Positions 1 to 12,463 of a stretch of DNA of 64,000 nucleotides are shown here, piece after piece. The position numbers and the translations under genes were made by a program. Below the pieces are notes generated by a model, which saw nothing but the letters and a program-made list of their open reading frames with translations, was not told where the DNA came from and did not search any database. Origin of the DNA: Haliotis cracherodii (Eukaryota); assembly GCF_022045235.1 (NCBI RefSeq), contig NW_027266272.1, positions 6,758,001-6,822,000 of the forward strand, read 5' to 3'. The first letter of the stretch is position 1; the number at the start of each line of letters is the position of its first letter.

Positions 1-66
1 CTCGATTATTAACAAGCTGCCGTCAAACACTGAAAAATTGCCGCGTGAGGCGTTGAACAACACAAA
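1..66 (+). mobile_element. SINE family A, degenerate 3' tail (cut by window edge)
   Basis: ctcgattatt..gccgtca..aaattgc..ggcgttgaacaacacaaac matches the 3' end of the full copy at 35789-36054. Confidence 0.6.
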
Positions 67-68
67 CA

Positions 69-112
<44 letters not shown>
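67..112. repeat. (CACG)n microsatellite
   Basis: About 11 perfect CACG units. Confidence 0.95.
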
Positions 113-300
113 CCACTACCACCATTCAGCCCCTAACTCCAACCCCCACTGGGATATTCCTAAGCTACACATTCATAAACATCGTTATACCTAACATGTG
201 TGGTTTATAATTATTAATGAATAAGTCAGTTGTATTTGGCAAATATAACACATTAATATTAATACAAACATGACCTATGGTTCTCAATCAATGGAGTGAA

Positions 301-535
301 GCTGCTTGTACTAGTCCGGACTTATGACGGTAGCGCTAGCCCACTGAGATACCATGCCACAGTTTAACATGAATACCCACCCAGACACATTATACTGACT
401 CCGAGCCGACCAGTCCTTGTTTTAGTCCCTTAATGCCAAGCGGTAGGCAGGGTAACAACAAGTACCATCTCTTATGACGTGGTCAGGGGATCGATCCACC
501 GACCTTCTGCTCTCCGGACATACCCTTATCCACCG
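301..535 (-). mobile_element. SINE family B (tRNA head + Meta-like body), partial and degenerate
   Basis: Reverse-complement match to 21405-21759 (ccgagccgaccagtccttgttttag, gggtaacaacaagtaccatct). Confidence 0.85.
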
Positions 536-1339
536 AAAGTATGACTTCGAACAACATTTCCAAAAAATATTTACGCCTAAAAATACACAAGAAGTGTTTT
601 GTGGCCGACATGACTAAGTGTTTACTGGGTGACCCGTATTGCCGTTTACAACGATTTCACGCCGACTCTTAAAATACACCCCGAAGATGTAAGAAAGAAT
701 TTTGATTGACGATGAAGGAGGGACGGTGCACTCGAGGCCCGAAGTTTAGAGATCATTTCGTTAACACCTGCCCAATTTACCGTATATTAATTGCGAGATA
801 TGAGCCACATCTAACAGAAACCAGGTTATCGAATGTCAAGAGGGGTTGCCGAGAGAAGTGAAAGGAAATAAGTCTTTCAAACCACGATATATCCAGCTTA
901 AGTCCCGTTATTAGCCCCTTGTTCGAAATTCTCTTGTAAAGAAGTATGGCGAAAGACCAAAGCGAAAGCGGGGAGCGAGTGCGGTGCCTTTGATCATGGA
1001 TTTACGAACAGGTGTACTATAGGTAAAATCTGATTTCCTCAAAGGCAACGAACGTAGTAATTGCATGGCGTTTTTCTAAAGCCGCATATTTCTAAAACAT
1101 TGGATGATTGTTTGTTGCAAATCATGGGTTGGGCAGGTGGGTATGTTTTAGGGGCATATTAAAAACGCATGTAGTCATGTGTTGGGAGTAGCTGGGTTCA
1201 TAGATATGGCTCGAATGTGTAAATTAATTAGGCTTCTTCTTTTTCATTTTCACGTTGCTTCCTAATTGTCTAAGTTTCCACTCAACGCGATTTATATTTG
1301 CAGATCTTAACAAATACACCGACCCCCAACTTGATGGAT

Positions 1340-1830
1340 GATAATAGAAAAACTCACACCTCCCTCGACAGATGATGATACATAGTCACCCATACTAATA
1401 AATACTCACCCCGCCCTCGACAGGTGATAATAAATACTCACCCCGCCCTCGACAGGTGATAATAAATACTCACCCCGCCCTCGACAGGTGATAATAAATA
1501 CTCACCCCGCCCTCGACAGATGATAATAAATACTCACCCCGCCCTCGACAGATGATAATAAATACTCACCCTGCCCTCGACATATGATAATAAATACTCA
1601 CCCCGCCCCCGACATATGATAATAAATACTCACCCCGCCCTCGACAGATGATAATAAATACTCACCCGCCCTCGACAGATGATAATAAATACTCACACCA
1701 CCCTCGACAGATGATAATAAATATATTAACATCACCCTCGACATTTGATAATAGATAAATGCATTCCACACTCGACATATGATAATAAAACCCCATCTTC
1801 GACAGGTGATAATACTCATCCCAAGCTCGA
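1340..1830. repeat. 32-bp minisatellite (taataaatactcaccccgccctcgacagRtga)
   Basis: Units at 1396, 1428, 1460 and onward; degenerate edges. Confidence 0.95.
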
Positions 1831-1864
1831 CAGACGCTAATTAATACACTATCATTACACTCTA

Positions 1865-2250
1865 CTGATGATAAGAAGTACACGGAACTCACCCCAGAAA
1901 GATAATAAGAAATACATTGACCTCGACCCAGAGAGATAAGAAGTACACTGACCTCATCCCGAGATGATGAGAAATACACTGACCTCATCCCGAGATGATG
2001 ATAAGAAGTACACTGACCTCATCCCGAGATGATGAGAAATACACTGACCTCATCCCCGAGATGATAAGAAGTACACTGACCTCATCCCCGAGAGATGATA
2101 AGAAATACCCTGACCTCATCCCCGAGAGATGATGAGAAATACACTGACCTCATCCCCGAGAGATGATGAGAAATACACTGACCTCATCAACGAGAGATGA
2201 TGGAAAATACACTGACCCAATCTCCGAGAGGTGATAAGAAATACCCTGGC
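1865..2250. repeat. About 31-35-bp minisatellite (gagatgatgagaaatacactgacctcatcccc)
   Basis: Repeated tacactgacctcatccc core directly after the 32-bp array. Confidence 0.9.
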
Positions 2251-3339
2251 CTTCTTAATTAAGTTATATCAATCACAGTACATTTTGTTTAACTCTACCA
2301 ATGGTAATTATTTTTCGACATTACAGTTTTGCGGGTACTTTCATAGATAAAACATACAAAATATTTGCTTTTAAATTTTTAAAAATCTGGTGTTCGTTCA
2401 ACGTTTTATGCTAAATGTATAGATAAATGATATATACATTCTAAGTTTATAACTACGCCACAGATATTAACAGATATAACAGAATATATGTGTTTCTCGG
2501 TTGTGTAAATCATCTGTTGGTATGGAGTATATAATACATGCTTGTTCCGTCGCCATGATTCATGAAAGAATTTACAGAATTCTTCCAATTCACTTAACAA
2601 TTCCTTGCTAATCAGTCTGTTATTGTCTCTCACAGTTAACACAAAACATGAATGAAATGTTTCGTGTGTTATTTCACGACGTGGGACGAAAAAACAACAA
2701 TGGAACGTGAGTGTCCATTCACTTCGGGTGACTTCTTTAATTTAATTACAACGAAGTTTGGTCAGAAACTACACACAAAGTATTTACAAGTGCCTTTATT
2801 TATAAATACGGAGAATCGGGCTCTGCTTCGGTTTTGATCAACACAGCACGGTGTATGCGGAGTCGGCGATAGCAGCGAGGCTAAGCTTGTCTAGGCTGGT
2901 GGTACTCTCTAACCCCCCGATCTGCTCACGAACTCAAACAGACGTGAAGGTCGAAGCAGCGTTTGTCAAATATGGGGGTATGTATGGGAGGGGGAATGGT
3001 TTGCGGGGGTGGTGAAAGTGGGGATGAAGTATATGGGCTTCCTGTCATTAGCGTGTTAAAGGCACAGGGTCATGTTTTGTTTTTCAATGAATCACCTTAA
3101 CTCAATTTGTTTCGAGAGTATGGCTTTGTGCAGTTTCGTATTCTAACGTTTACCTTGCTTGTAATTAGCTACGAAGCTGCGGCTTGAAATGTTTTTTGTG
3201 CAACGGGTTTGAGTGTTTGTCTTGTCAATATGTTTTGTTTATTTGTCTTTATGTTGACGTCCAGTCTCTGCTCGATATCCATTAAAAACATCTTCATGTT
3301 TATCACGTTTATCGAATTGAGTAAACCACGATGCCATAC

Positions 3340-3545
3340 AACAGTAACACAAACACACATTATTATTAAAAAAACATCAACGCCAGAGCACAATCAGTCT
3401 CTGATGAAGCAGATTCAATTGGGCGTAAAATGGCAAAATAGTGACCAAAAGTAACATAAACTGATCACTGAAAATCAGTGATGACACCAGGTGTTCACCA
3501 GAAGGGTAAGCATGTCCTGCTCTACCGGTATCACCTGCCACTCAC
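3340..3545 (-). repeat. Interspersed repeat family E (unclassified)
   Basis: Reverse-complement homology to 10257-10475 (gaacacctggtgtcatcactgat, cactattttg, gagactg..tctggc). Confidence 0.7.
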
Positions 3546-3644
3546 GCAATCTGCACAAAATGTGTTTGTTTCTTTGCTGACGTCGCCCAGTAGTACTACT
3601 GCCATACCTTAGAGTTGATCTTAGAGTGGATTTCTTAACTTTCA

Positions 3645-3809
3645 GGGGCGGTCGGGTAGCCTAGTGGCTAAAGCGTTCGCTCGTCACACCGAAGACCCGG
3701 GTTCGATTCCTGACATGGGTACAATGTGTGGAGCCCATTTCTGGTGTCCCCCGCCGTGATATTGCTGGAATATTGCTAAAAGCGGCGTAAAACCATACTC
3801 ACTCACTCA
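3645..3809 (+). mobile_element. SINE family C (tRNA-derived, about 165 bp, (ACTC)n tail), full length
   Basis: A box tagcctagtgg, B box ggttcgattcc, tail gcggcgtaaaaccatactcactc; probable TSD taactttc. Confidence 0.92.
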
Positions 3810-3819
3810 AGTCATAACT

Positions 3820-4017
3820 TTCCAGATTGTATAAATCTCTATTCCAGATTGAATAACCATCTATTCCAGATTGAATAATTATCTATCCCATGTTGCATAA
3901 CTATCCATTCCAGATAATATATCTATCTATCCCAGATTGTAAAATTATCTATTCCAGATTGTATAACTATCTATTCCATATCCTTAATTATATATTCCAG
4001 ATTGTATAACTATCTAT
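3820..4017. repeat. 22-bp tandem repeat (ttccagattgtataactatcta)
   Basis: About 9 diverged units. Confidence 0.9.
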
Positions 4018-4137
4018 GCAACGTTCAGCGTGGCGTTCAACAGTATTATAGTCCTATACCGGCGGGTCAGTTTAAGGTGTCACCCTATTGGCCCCGGTTT
4101 GATTCCTTTCAAGGGCACAGTGTATGAAGCTTAAACG

Positions 4138-7100
4138 ATGGTCCCCAACAAGGATTCCAAGCATACATTGCCCCAAAACAAGGATGCCAATTATACAATA
4201 ATCTTCAACAAGGATGCCAAGCATTCAATGATCCTCAACAAGGATGCCAAGCATTCAATGATCCTCAACAAGGATGCCGAGCATACAATGATCCTCAACA
4301 AGGATACCAAGTATACATTGACCCAAAACAAGGATGCCAAGCATACAATGATCCTCAACAAGGATGCCAAGCGTACAATAGTCCCAACAAGGATGTCAAA
4401 CATACAAAGATCCTCAACAAGGATGCCAAGCGTACAATGATCCTCAACAAGGATGCCAAGCATACAATGGCCCCAACAAGGATGCCAAGCATACAATGAT
4501 CCTCAATAAGGATACCAAGCATAAAATGGCCCCAACAAGGATTCTAAGCATAAAATGATCCTCAACAAGGAAGCCAAGTTTACAATGATCCTCAACAAGG
4601 ATGCCAAGCATGCAATGGTCCCCAACAAGGATTCCAAGCATACAATGATCCTCAACAAGGATGCCAAGCATACAATGATCCTCAACAAAGATGCCAAGCA
4701 TACAATGATCCTCAACAAGGATACCAAGCATCCAATGGCCCAAACAAGGATGCCAAGAATACAATGATCCTCAACAAGGATGCCAAGCATACAATGGTTC
4801 ACAACAAGGATACCAAGCATCCAATGATCCCAAAGAAGGATGCCGAGCATACAATGATCCTCAACAAGGATGCCAAGAATACAATGATCCTCAACAAGGA
4901 TTCCAAGCATACAATGATCCTAAACAAGGATGCCAAGTATACAATGATCCCAAACAAGGATACCAAGCATACAATCACCCTCAACAAGGATGCTAAGCAT
5001 ACAATGATCCTCAACAAGGATGCTAAGCATACAATAGTCCCAACAAGGATGCCAAACATACAATGATCCTCAACAAGGATGCCAAGTATACAAAGATCCT
5101 CAACAAGCATGCCAAGCATCCAATGATCCCAAACAAGGATACCAAGCATACAATGATCCTCAACAAGGATGCCAAGCATACAATGATCCTCAACAAGGAT
5201 GCTAAGCATACAATAGTCCCAACAAGGATGCCAAGCATAGAAAGATCCTCAGCAAGGATGCCAAGCATACAATGATCCTCAACAAGGATGCCAAGCATAC
5301 AATGGTCCTCAACAAGGATGCCAAGCATACAATGATCCTCAACAAGGATGCCAAGCATACAGTGGTCCCCAACAAGGATGCCAAGCATACAATGATCCTC
5401 AACAACAAGGATGCCAAGCGTACCATGATCCTCAACAAGGATACCAAGCATACAATAGTTCCAACAAGGATGACAAACATACAAAGATCCTCAACAAGGA
5501 TGCCAAGCATACAGTGATCCTCAAAAAGGATACCAAGCATACAATGATCCTCAACAAGGATGCCAAGCATACAATGGTCCCAAACAAGGATGCCAAGCAT
5601 ACAATGATCCTCAACAACAAGGATGCCAAGCGTACTATGATCCTCAACAAGGATTCCAAGCATCCAATGGCCCAAACAAGGATACCAAGTATACAATGAT
5701 CCTCAACAAGAATGCCAAGCATACAATGATCCTCAACAAGGATGCCAAGTATACAATGATCCCAAACAAGGATTCCAAGCATACAATGATCCTCAACAAG
5801 GATGCCAAGCATACAATGATCCTCAACAAGGATGCCAAGCATACAATGATCCTCAACAAGGATACCAAGCATCCAATGGCCCAAACAAGGATGCCAAGAA
5901 TACAATGATCCTCAACAAGGATGCCAAGCATACAATGGTTCACAACAAGGATACCAAGCATCCAATGATCCCAAAGAAGGATGCCGAGCATACAATGATC
6001 CTCAACAAGGATGCCAAGAATACAATGATCCTCAACAAGGATTCCAAGCATACAATGATCCTAAACAAGGATGCCAAGTATACAATGATCCCAAACAAGG
6101 ATACCAAGCATACAATCACCCTCAACAAGGATGCTAAGCATACAATGATCCTCAACAAGGATGCTAAGCATACAATAGTCCCAACAAGGATGCCAAACAT
6201 ACAATGATCCTCAACAAGGATGCCAAGTATACAAAGATCCTCAACAAGCATGCCAAGCATCCAATGATCCCAAACAAGGATACCAAGCATACAATGATCC
6301 TCAACAAGGATGCCAAGCATACAATGATCCTCAACAAGGATGCTAAGCATACAATAGTCCCAACAAGGATGCCAAGCATAGAAAGATCCTCAGCAAGGAT
6401 GCCAAGCATACAATGATCCTCAACAAGGATGCCAAGCATACAATGGTCCTCAACAAGGATGCCAAGCATACAATGATCCTCAACAAGGATGCCAAGCATA
6501 CAGTGGTCCCCAACAAGGATGCCAAGCATACAGTGGTCCCCAACAAGGATGCCAAGCATACAATGATCCTCAACAACAAGGATGCCAAGCGTACTATGAT
6601 CCTCAACAAGGATACCAAGCATACAATAGTTCCAACAAGGATGACAAACATACAAAGATCCTCAACAAGGATGCCAAGCATACAATGATCCTCAAAAAGG
6701 ATACCAAGCATACAATGATCCTCAACAAGGATGCCAAGCATACAATGGTCCCAAACAAGGATGCCAAGCATACAATGATCCTCAACAACAAGGATGCCAA
6801 GCGTACTATGATCCTCAACAAGGATTCCAAGCATCCAATGGCCCAAACAAGGATACCAAGTATACAATGATCCTCAACAAGAATGCCAAGCATACAATGA
6901 TCCTCAACAAGGATGACAAGCATACAATGGTTCACAACAAGGATGACAAGCATACAATGATACTCAACAAGGATACCAAGTATACAATGATCCTCAACAA
7001 GGATGCCAAGTATACAATGATCCTCAACAAGGATGCCAAGTATACAATAACCCCAAACAAGGATGCCAAGTATACAATGATCCCCAACAAGGATACCAAG

Positions 7101-8965
7101 CATACAATGATCCCCAACAAGGATGCCAACTATACAATGATCCTCAACAAGGATGCCAAGCATACAATGATCCTCAACAAGGATGCCAAGCATACAATGA
7201 TCCTCAACAAGGATGCCAAATATACAATGATCCTCAACAATGATGCCAAGTATGCAATAACCCCAAACAAGGATGCCAAGCGTACTATGATCCCCAACAA
7301 GGATACCAAGCATCCAAGGATCCCAAACAAGGATACCAAGGATCCAATGATCCCAAACAAGGATACCAAGTATCCAATGACCCCAAACAAGGATGCCGAG
7401 CATACAATGATCCCAAACAATGATGCCAAGCATACAATGATCCCAAACAATGATGCCAAGCTTACAATGATCCCCAACAAGGATGCCCACCGTACAATTA
7501 TCCTCAACAAGGATGCCAAGTATACAATGGTCCCCAACAAGGATACCAAGCATACAATGATCCTTAAAAGTATGCCAAGCATACAATGATCCTCAGCAAG
7601 GATGCCAAGCATACAATGATCCTCAACAAGGATGCCAAGCATACAATGGTCCTCAACAAGGATGCCAAGCATACAATGATCCTCAACAAGGATGCCAAGC
7701 ATACAGTGGTCCCCAACAAGGATGCCAAGCATACAGTGGTCCCCAACAAGGATGCCAAGCATACAATGATCCTCAACAACAAGGATGCCAAGCGTACTAT
7801 GATCCTCAACAAGGATACCAAGCATACAATAGTTCCAACAAGGATGACAAACATACAAAGATCCTCAACAAGGATGCCAAGCATACAATGATCCTCAAAA
7901 AGGATACCAAGCATACAATGATCCTCAACAAGGATGCCAAGCATACAATGGTCCCAAACAAGGATGCCAAGCATACAATGATCCTCAACAACAAGGATGC
8001 CAAGCGTACTATGATCCTCAACAAGGATTCCAAGCATCCAATGGCCCAAACAAGGATACCAAGTATACAATGATCCTCAACAAGAATGCCAAGCATACAA
8101 TGATCCTCAACAAGGATGACAAGCATACAATGGTTCACAACAAGGATGACAAGCATACAATGATACTCAACAAGGATACCAAGTATACAATGATCCTCAA
8201 CAAGGATGCCAAGTATACAATGATCCTCAACAAGGATGCCAAGTATACAATAACCCCAAACAAGGATGCCAAGTATACAATGATCCCCAACAAGGATACC
8301 AAGCATACAATGATCCCCAACAAGGATGCCAACTATACAATGATCCTCAACAAGGATGCCAAGCATACAATGATCCTCAACAAGGATGCCAAGCATACAA
8401 TGATCCTCAACAAGGATGCCAAATATACAATGATCCTCAACAATGATGCCAAGTATGCAATAACCCCAAACAAGGATGCCAAGCGTACTATGATCCCCAA
8501 CAAGGATACCAAGCATCCAAGGATCCCAAACAAGGATACCAAGGATCCAATGATCCCAAACAAGGATACCAAGTATCCAATGACCCCAAACAAGGATGCC
8601 GAGCATACAATGATCCCAAACAATGATGCCAAGCATACAATGATCCCAAACAATGATGCCAAGCTTACAATGATCCCCAACAAGGATGCCCACCGTACAA
8701 TTATCCTCAACAAGGATGCCAAGTATACAATGGTCCCCAACAAGGATACCAAGCATACAATGATCCTTAAAAGTATGCCAAGCATACAATGATCCTCAAC
8801 AAGGATGCCAAGCATACAATGGTCCCCAACAAGGATTCCAAGCATACAATGATCCTCAACAAAGATGCCAAGCATACAATGAACCTCAACAAGGATGCCA
8901 AGCATACAATTGTTGACAACAAGGATACCAAGCATACACCTTTTCCGATACACAAGGATACCAAG
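4138..8965. repeat. 30-bp minisatellite (atgatcctcaacaaggatgccaagcataca) with 1.14-1.2 kb higher-order duplications
   Basis: About 160 units; 29- and 33-bp variants shift frame; identical ORFs recur at offsets of 1141 and 1203 bp. Confidence 0.98.
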
Positions 8966-9285
8966 AAGTGTGTGGTAGAATAATGGGGACTTCCCTGTCG
9001 AATGTTGAGCAGTGTATTATCCTGGTACATCATGTTTGTCCTTGAACCAAATATGAGACCGTGCGTTGAGAAATGTCCTGATGTTGGGAATTACTGAGAA
9101 ACACTCGGATGTCGTTTTTGATGTAGCAACCCGTGGTTCTGGAGCCTACACAGGAATAGCTCTCTCTCTTTGTTGACATTGGTTAAAAATGTTCAAGCAG
9201 ATTCATTGCCATTGTATAATAAACAATGGACACTGATGTATTGTTGGGACAATTTGTTGCAGCTGGAACGACGGGAAGAGGACGA

Positions 9286-9441
9286 ATGAGTGAGTGAGTA
9301 TTGTGTGACGTCGTTTTTAGCAATATTGCAGCAATGTCACGGACGGGAGACACTGTAAATGGGCTCAGTACGTTGTACTCATCAGGGAAATCGAACTCAG
9401 GCATTCGTCGTGACACATCAACGCTTCAACCACTACCCCCC
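9286..9441 (-). mobile_element. SINE family C, degenerate
   Basis: gagtgagt tail, tttagcaatattgcagcaat, aatcgaact, acgcttcaaccacta. Confidence 0.8.
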
Positions 9442-9497
9442 TGTTCCGCACAAGAAGAGGAGATACCACAAGTAACATTGACGCGTTTCAATTCTGA

Positions 9498-9750
9498 GAC
9501 CGCCTTCATGGTCTAGCAGATAGAGTCTCTGACCGGGGAGCGAAATGTCGGGGGTTCGATACCCGGCCACGGCATACCAAAAGACGTCAAAAGATGGTAC
9601 TTGTTGTTACCCCGCCCGGCGTTCGGTATTAAGGGGCTTAAACAAGGACTGGGTGGCTCGGTATACTGTGTCTGAGTGGGGTATTCATGTTAAACTGAGG
9701 CACTTTAAAAACTGCATAAGTCCGGTCTGACACGAACAGACACATACATC
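9498..9750 (+). mobile_element. SINE family B, degenerate
   Basis: gaccgcc..ggtctag, ggttcgatacc, cataccaaaagacgtcaaaagatggtacttgttgttacc. Confidence 0.85.
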
Positions 9751-10126
9751 ATCTGGTCAGAAGACAGGGGATTCAGATATTAGAAACTTGGTTTATCCGG
9801 ACAATGTTTCAGAAAACGGGCAAGTTTAAAATGTATAAACGAGGTTCGACTGCATGGTAATCGTCAATTTTCAAGCAAAGGGTCATTCTTTCTAAGATGA
9901 TCGCCCATCCAAGTACGATCCATACCTAACAGCCATTTTGACCAACCGATACCCACTTCGGTCTAAGAGGACCTTGTCTAATATTCCTTATATTCCTGTT
10001 AATCGCTGGCATCTAGCTGACAACACCAGACAATAGCTACAGGTAAGTACAAGACGTTCAAGGGAAACCTTAAAACTATACTACTCAATATTTTAAAGGA
10101 TAATCAGTGCAGGAGTACTGTTGTGT

Positions 10127-10203
10127 ACCAATGTCGGGATTCGAACCCGGGTCTTCGGCGTGACGAGCGAACGCTTTAACCACTAGGCTACCCGACCGCC
10201 CCT
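10127..10203 (-). mobile_element. Tailless SINE-C head retrocopy flanked by an 11-bp TSD
   Basis: Only the 77-nt tRNA-like head is present; tactgttgtgt at 10116-10126 and 10204-10214. Confidence 0.85.
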
Positions 10204-10256
10204 TACTGTTGTGTGACGTCGGACAACAAACACTTACTTTTTTTTATTAAAATTGT

Positions 10257-10475
10257 GTGAGTGGAAGGTGCTACCTGTAGAGAAGGATCTGCTTTCCTTG
10301 CTTCGAACACCTGGTGTCATCACTGATATTCCTTGATCCATCCATATACTTTTCATCTGATTCACTATTTTGACTTTTGCGCCAAATGGAATCTGTTTGC
10401 GGCTGATAATCGAGACTGGTTATTCTCTGGCTTTGACAATTGACATATTATAAGAATCAGATTTGTGTGTCATTG
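10257..10475 (+). repeat. Interspersed repeat family E
   Basis: Homologous to 3340-3545 (rc) and to the fragment at about 25499-25565. Confidence 0.7.
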
Positions 10476-10859
10476 AAAGATAAAAAAATGTATAGAATAC
10501 GGTAATCTATGCATGCTTTGTGATTCCCACACACGAATGTCACAGGTGACAAAAACATGTTGAAGGCGATTAAGACTGATTACAAGAAATACGTCCGTGG
10601 ATGCTCACAGTCGACACCAGATTGTCCCACTTCCCTGTGGAGAGCACTGACTCTGTTTAACCCAGGCACATCTGCACATCAAAGACTCGTATAGTAATGT
10701 AGTCACCAGTTGTTGAGTATGGTAAAGTTATGTGAAAAATCACATCTACGTCACACCACATACCTCACAACTTATATCGCGACAAGTTTAACAGACATTG
10801 TGAAAATTAACATTAAATCTGAGATAATATTTTCAACAAAAACGTGCGTTGTGCAAATA

Positions 10860-10915
10860 CGAACCTTCGCATTGACAATCGAACGCTTTAGCCAGTAGGC
10901 TACCCCACCGTCCCC
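10860..10915 (-). mobile_element. SINE family C head fragment
   Basis: cgaacgctttagccagtaggctaccccaccgtcccc. Confidence 0.7.
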
Positions 10916-11014
10916 AAGAACATTAAACTCACACGACACACAAAAACAATACAATCAGCATCATCCAGCGCTTTGAAATCGTACTCAGCACTCGTAGCCA
11001 AGAATGTCACCCAA

Positions 11015-11872
11015 GCGAAGATACGTCTGAGGCTGTAAACAGGCCAATTCCAAAAAAAATTGTATTTGTCATTTTCCATGACGCCCTCTACATATTCCGG
11101 GTCGTACCATGGATGGATCTCTGTGTCACAACCACAAGCATGGCGGTAATAAAGCATCGAGCTACACCATCATGTCGCTTAAGACACTGTGTTTGTCCCA
11201 AAGCTGTGCATCCACTGACAATGTCATCGCATAATCTACATTTCATATATGCAAAATCGCATATTGACAGTTTCGAGTGGGAAGTGATTTGCCTAAAGCA
11301 CCAAACTGCAAGCCTTCTGTTTCACTTTCCAAGCCAGCCGACTTCATCCAAAAGAAGGACTCTGCAGGGTTGCTGATCTTCTCACTCAACACCCTGCACA
11401 TAAACCCGATACAGTGGTCGTTCAGAAGCCTCTCCTTGCGTCTGGGCCGATTTGAGATGGCACTTCGCTTGATTGACACTCATTACAGTACAGAACCATC
11501 AACAAAATCAACACCGACATTGAGATTATGTCCCATATCCTTGGATCGTTTAAGAAATCGGAATGCCTTGTTTTCATCATGAGTCTTGACATACTTCACA
11601 AGAGGATCATCAGACAAATAAATGTGTGCAAAAGTACACAATACAATTCTATCATGAAGAGCCTCCACGTTAATGAAACCACGCCGACTTTTCTGGTGAG
11701 GGTGTCAATACCCTGAATTTTCTTTCTTCCAATCAACAACACCAACAGAATACGAAAGGACTGGTACAGCATAAGTATTTGTGGCTTTAACTTTTTTGCG
11801 AGTTCTGAACTCGAGATTTTCTTCAGTTCATATTTGTGATCTGCCCGAAGTTTGTCCTTGATATGGGCATTC
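11015..11872 (-). pseudogene. Decayed R4/Dong-clade non-LTR retrotransposon ORF fragment (RT C-terminus, CCHC knuckle, start of RLE region)
   Basis: Stitched across stops and frameshifts: IKDKLR..KKISSSEL / KVKATNTYAVPVLSYSVGVVDW / IDTLTRK / RGFINVE / GLESETEG..SLPTRN / KCRLC..IVSGC..KRHDGVAR / PWY..EGVMENDKYNFFWNWPV. This is the motif order typical of R4-clade elements. Confidence 0.85.
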
Positions 11873-12119
11873 TGGGGTTATTATTAATATCATTATACAT
11901 GATATTTTGTAAATAAACATGTTTTAAATTACCATTAGAAGTTGTACCCTATCCATTTCACTCTGTGAAATAAAATAAATGACTTCTTTCACCAGCTGTT
12001 CACATGCTTCGACGATTTGTTATGACGTGTCTTGTGCAATGGTAGACAAAAACTACCCCACTGCACCTAGGATATGACAGTTATCTATGTATAACAAATG
12101 TTATATTTGAGATTACACT

Positions 12120-12336
12120 TTCTGAGTTAGTCTGTCTTACAGACCCTGAGACAAATATATATCAAATACAGCCCATGCAATTCTATAATGTTTGGCAAGT
12201 CTAGATTACTGCATTATCTGAAAATGAAGAGAATCACTGGGCTCCCCTTTTATTGTATTTTATTAAGATAACTGAACAACTGTTTTTTCTGTACGATATG
12301 TTCATTTCAGAGACTAGATGTTAGTCTATTTCTGAG
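12120..12336 (+). mobile_element. Interspersed repeat family F (about 215 bp, terminal hairpin; MITE- or Helentron-derived-like)
   Basis: Reverse-complement homolog at 47450-47666; hairpin agacta-gatgt-tagtct near one end. Confidence 0.65.
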
Positions 12337-12364
12337 TAAACTACAGATTCTCGTATTTTTGTGG

Positions 12365-12463
12365 GTTGAGTCCCGTCCGGGATTCAAACCCACACTGCCA
12401 GAGTTAGGCACCTAATCGCCGGCACAAAAAGTCAGCGATCTAACCCACTCAGCCACCGAGGTT
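12365..12463 (-). pseudogene. Degenerate tRNA-like sequence (long-spaced A and B boxes)
   Basis: On - strand: ggtggctgagtgg ... gtgggtttgaatccc; acceptor stem does not pair. Confidence 0.55.

Noticed and set aside
3645-3722. tRNA-Asp(GTC)-like gene (also the other SINE heads)
   Set aside because: Acceptor and anticodon stems do not pair; continues into a SINE body and tail
4138-8983. Dozens of ORFs (MILNKDAKHT / LGILVEDHCM repeats)
   Set aside because: Translations of a 30-bp minisatellite; frequent 29-bp units shift the frame
10900-11015. Glycosyltransferase-like FKALDDAD motif
   Set aside because: The upstream part of this ORF is explained by the R4 LINE; the motif is too short to support a gene
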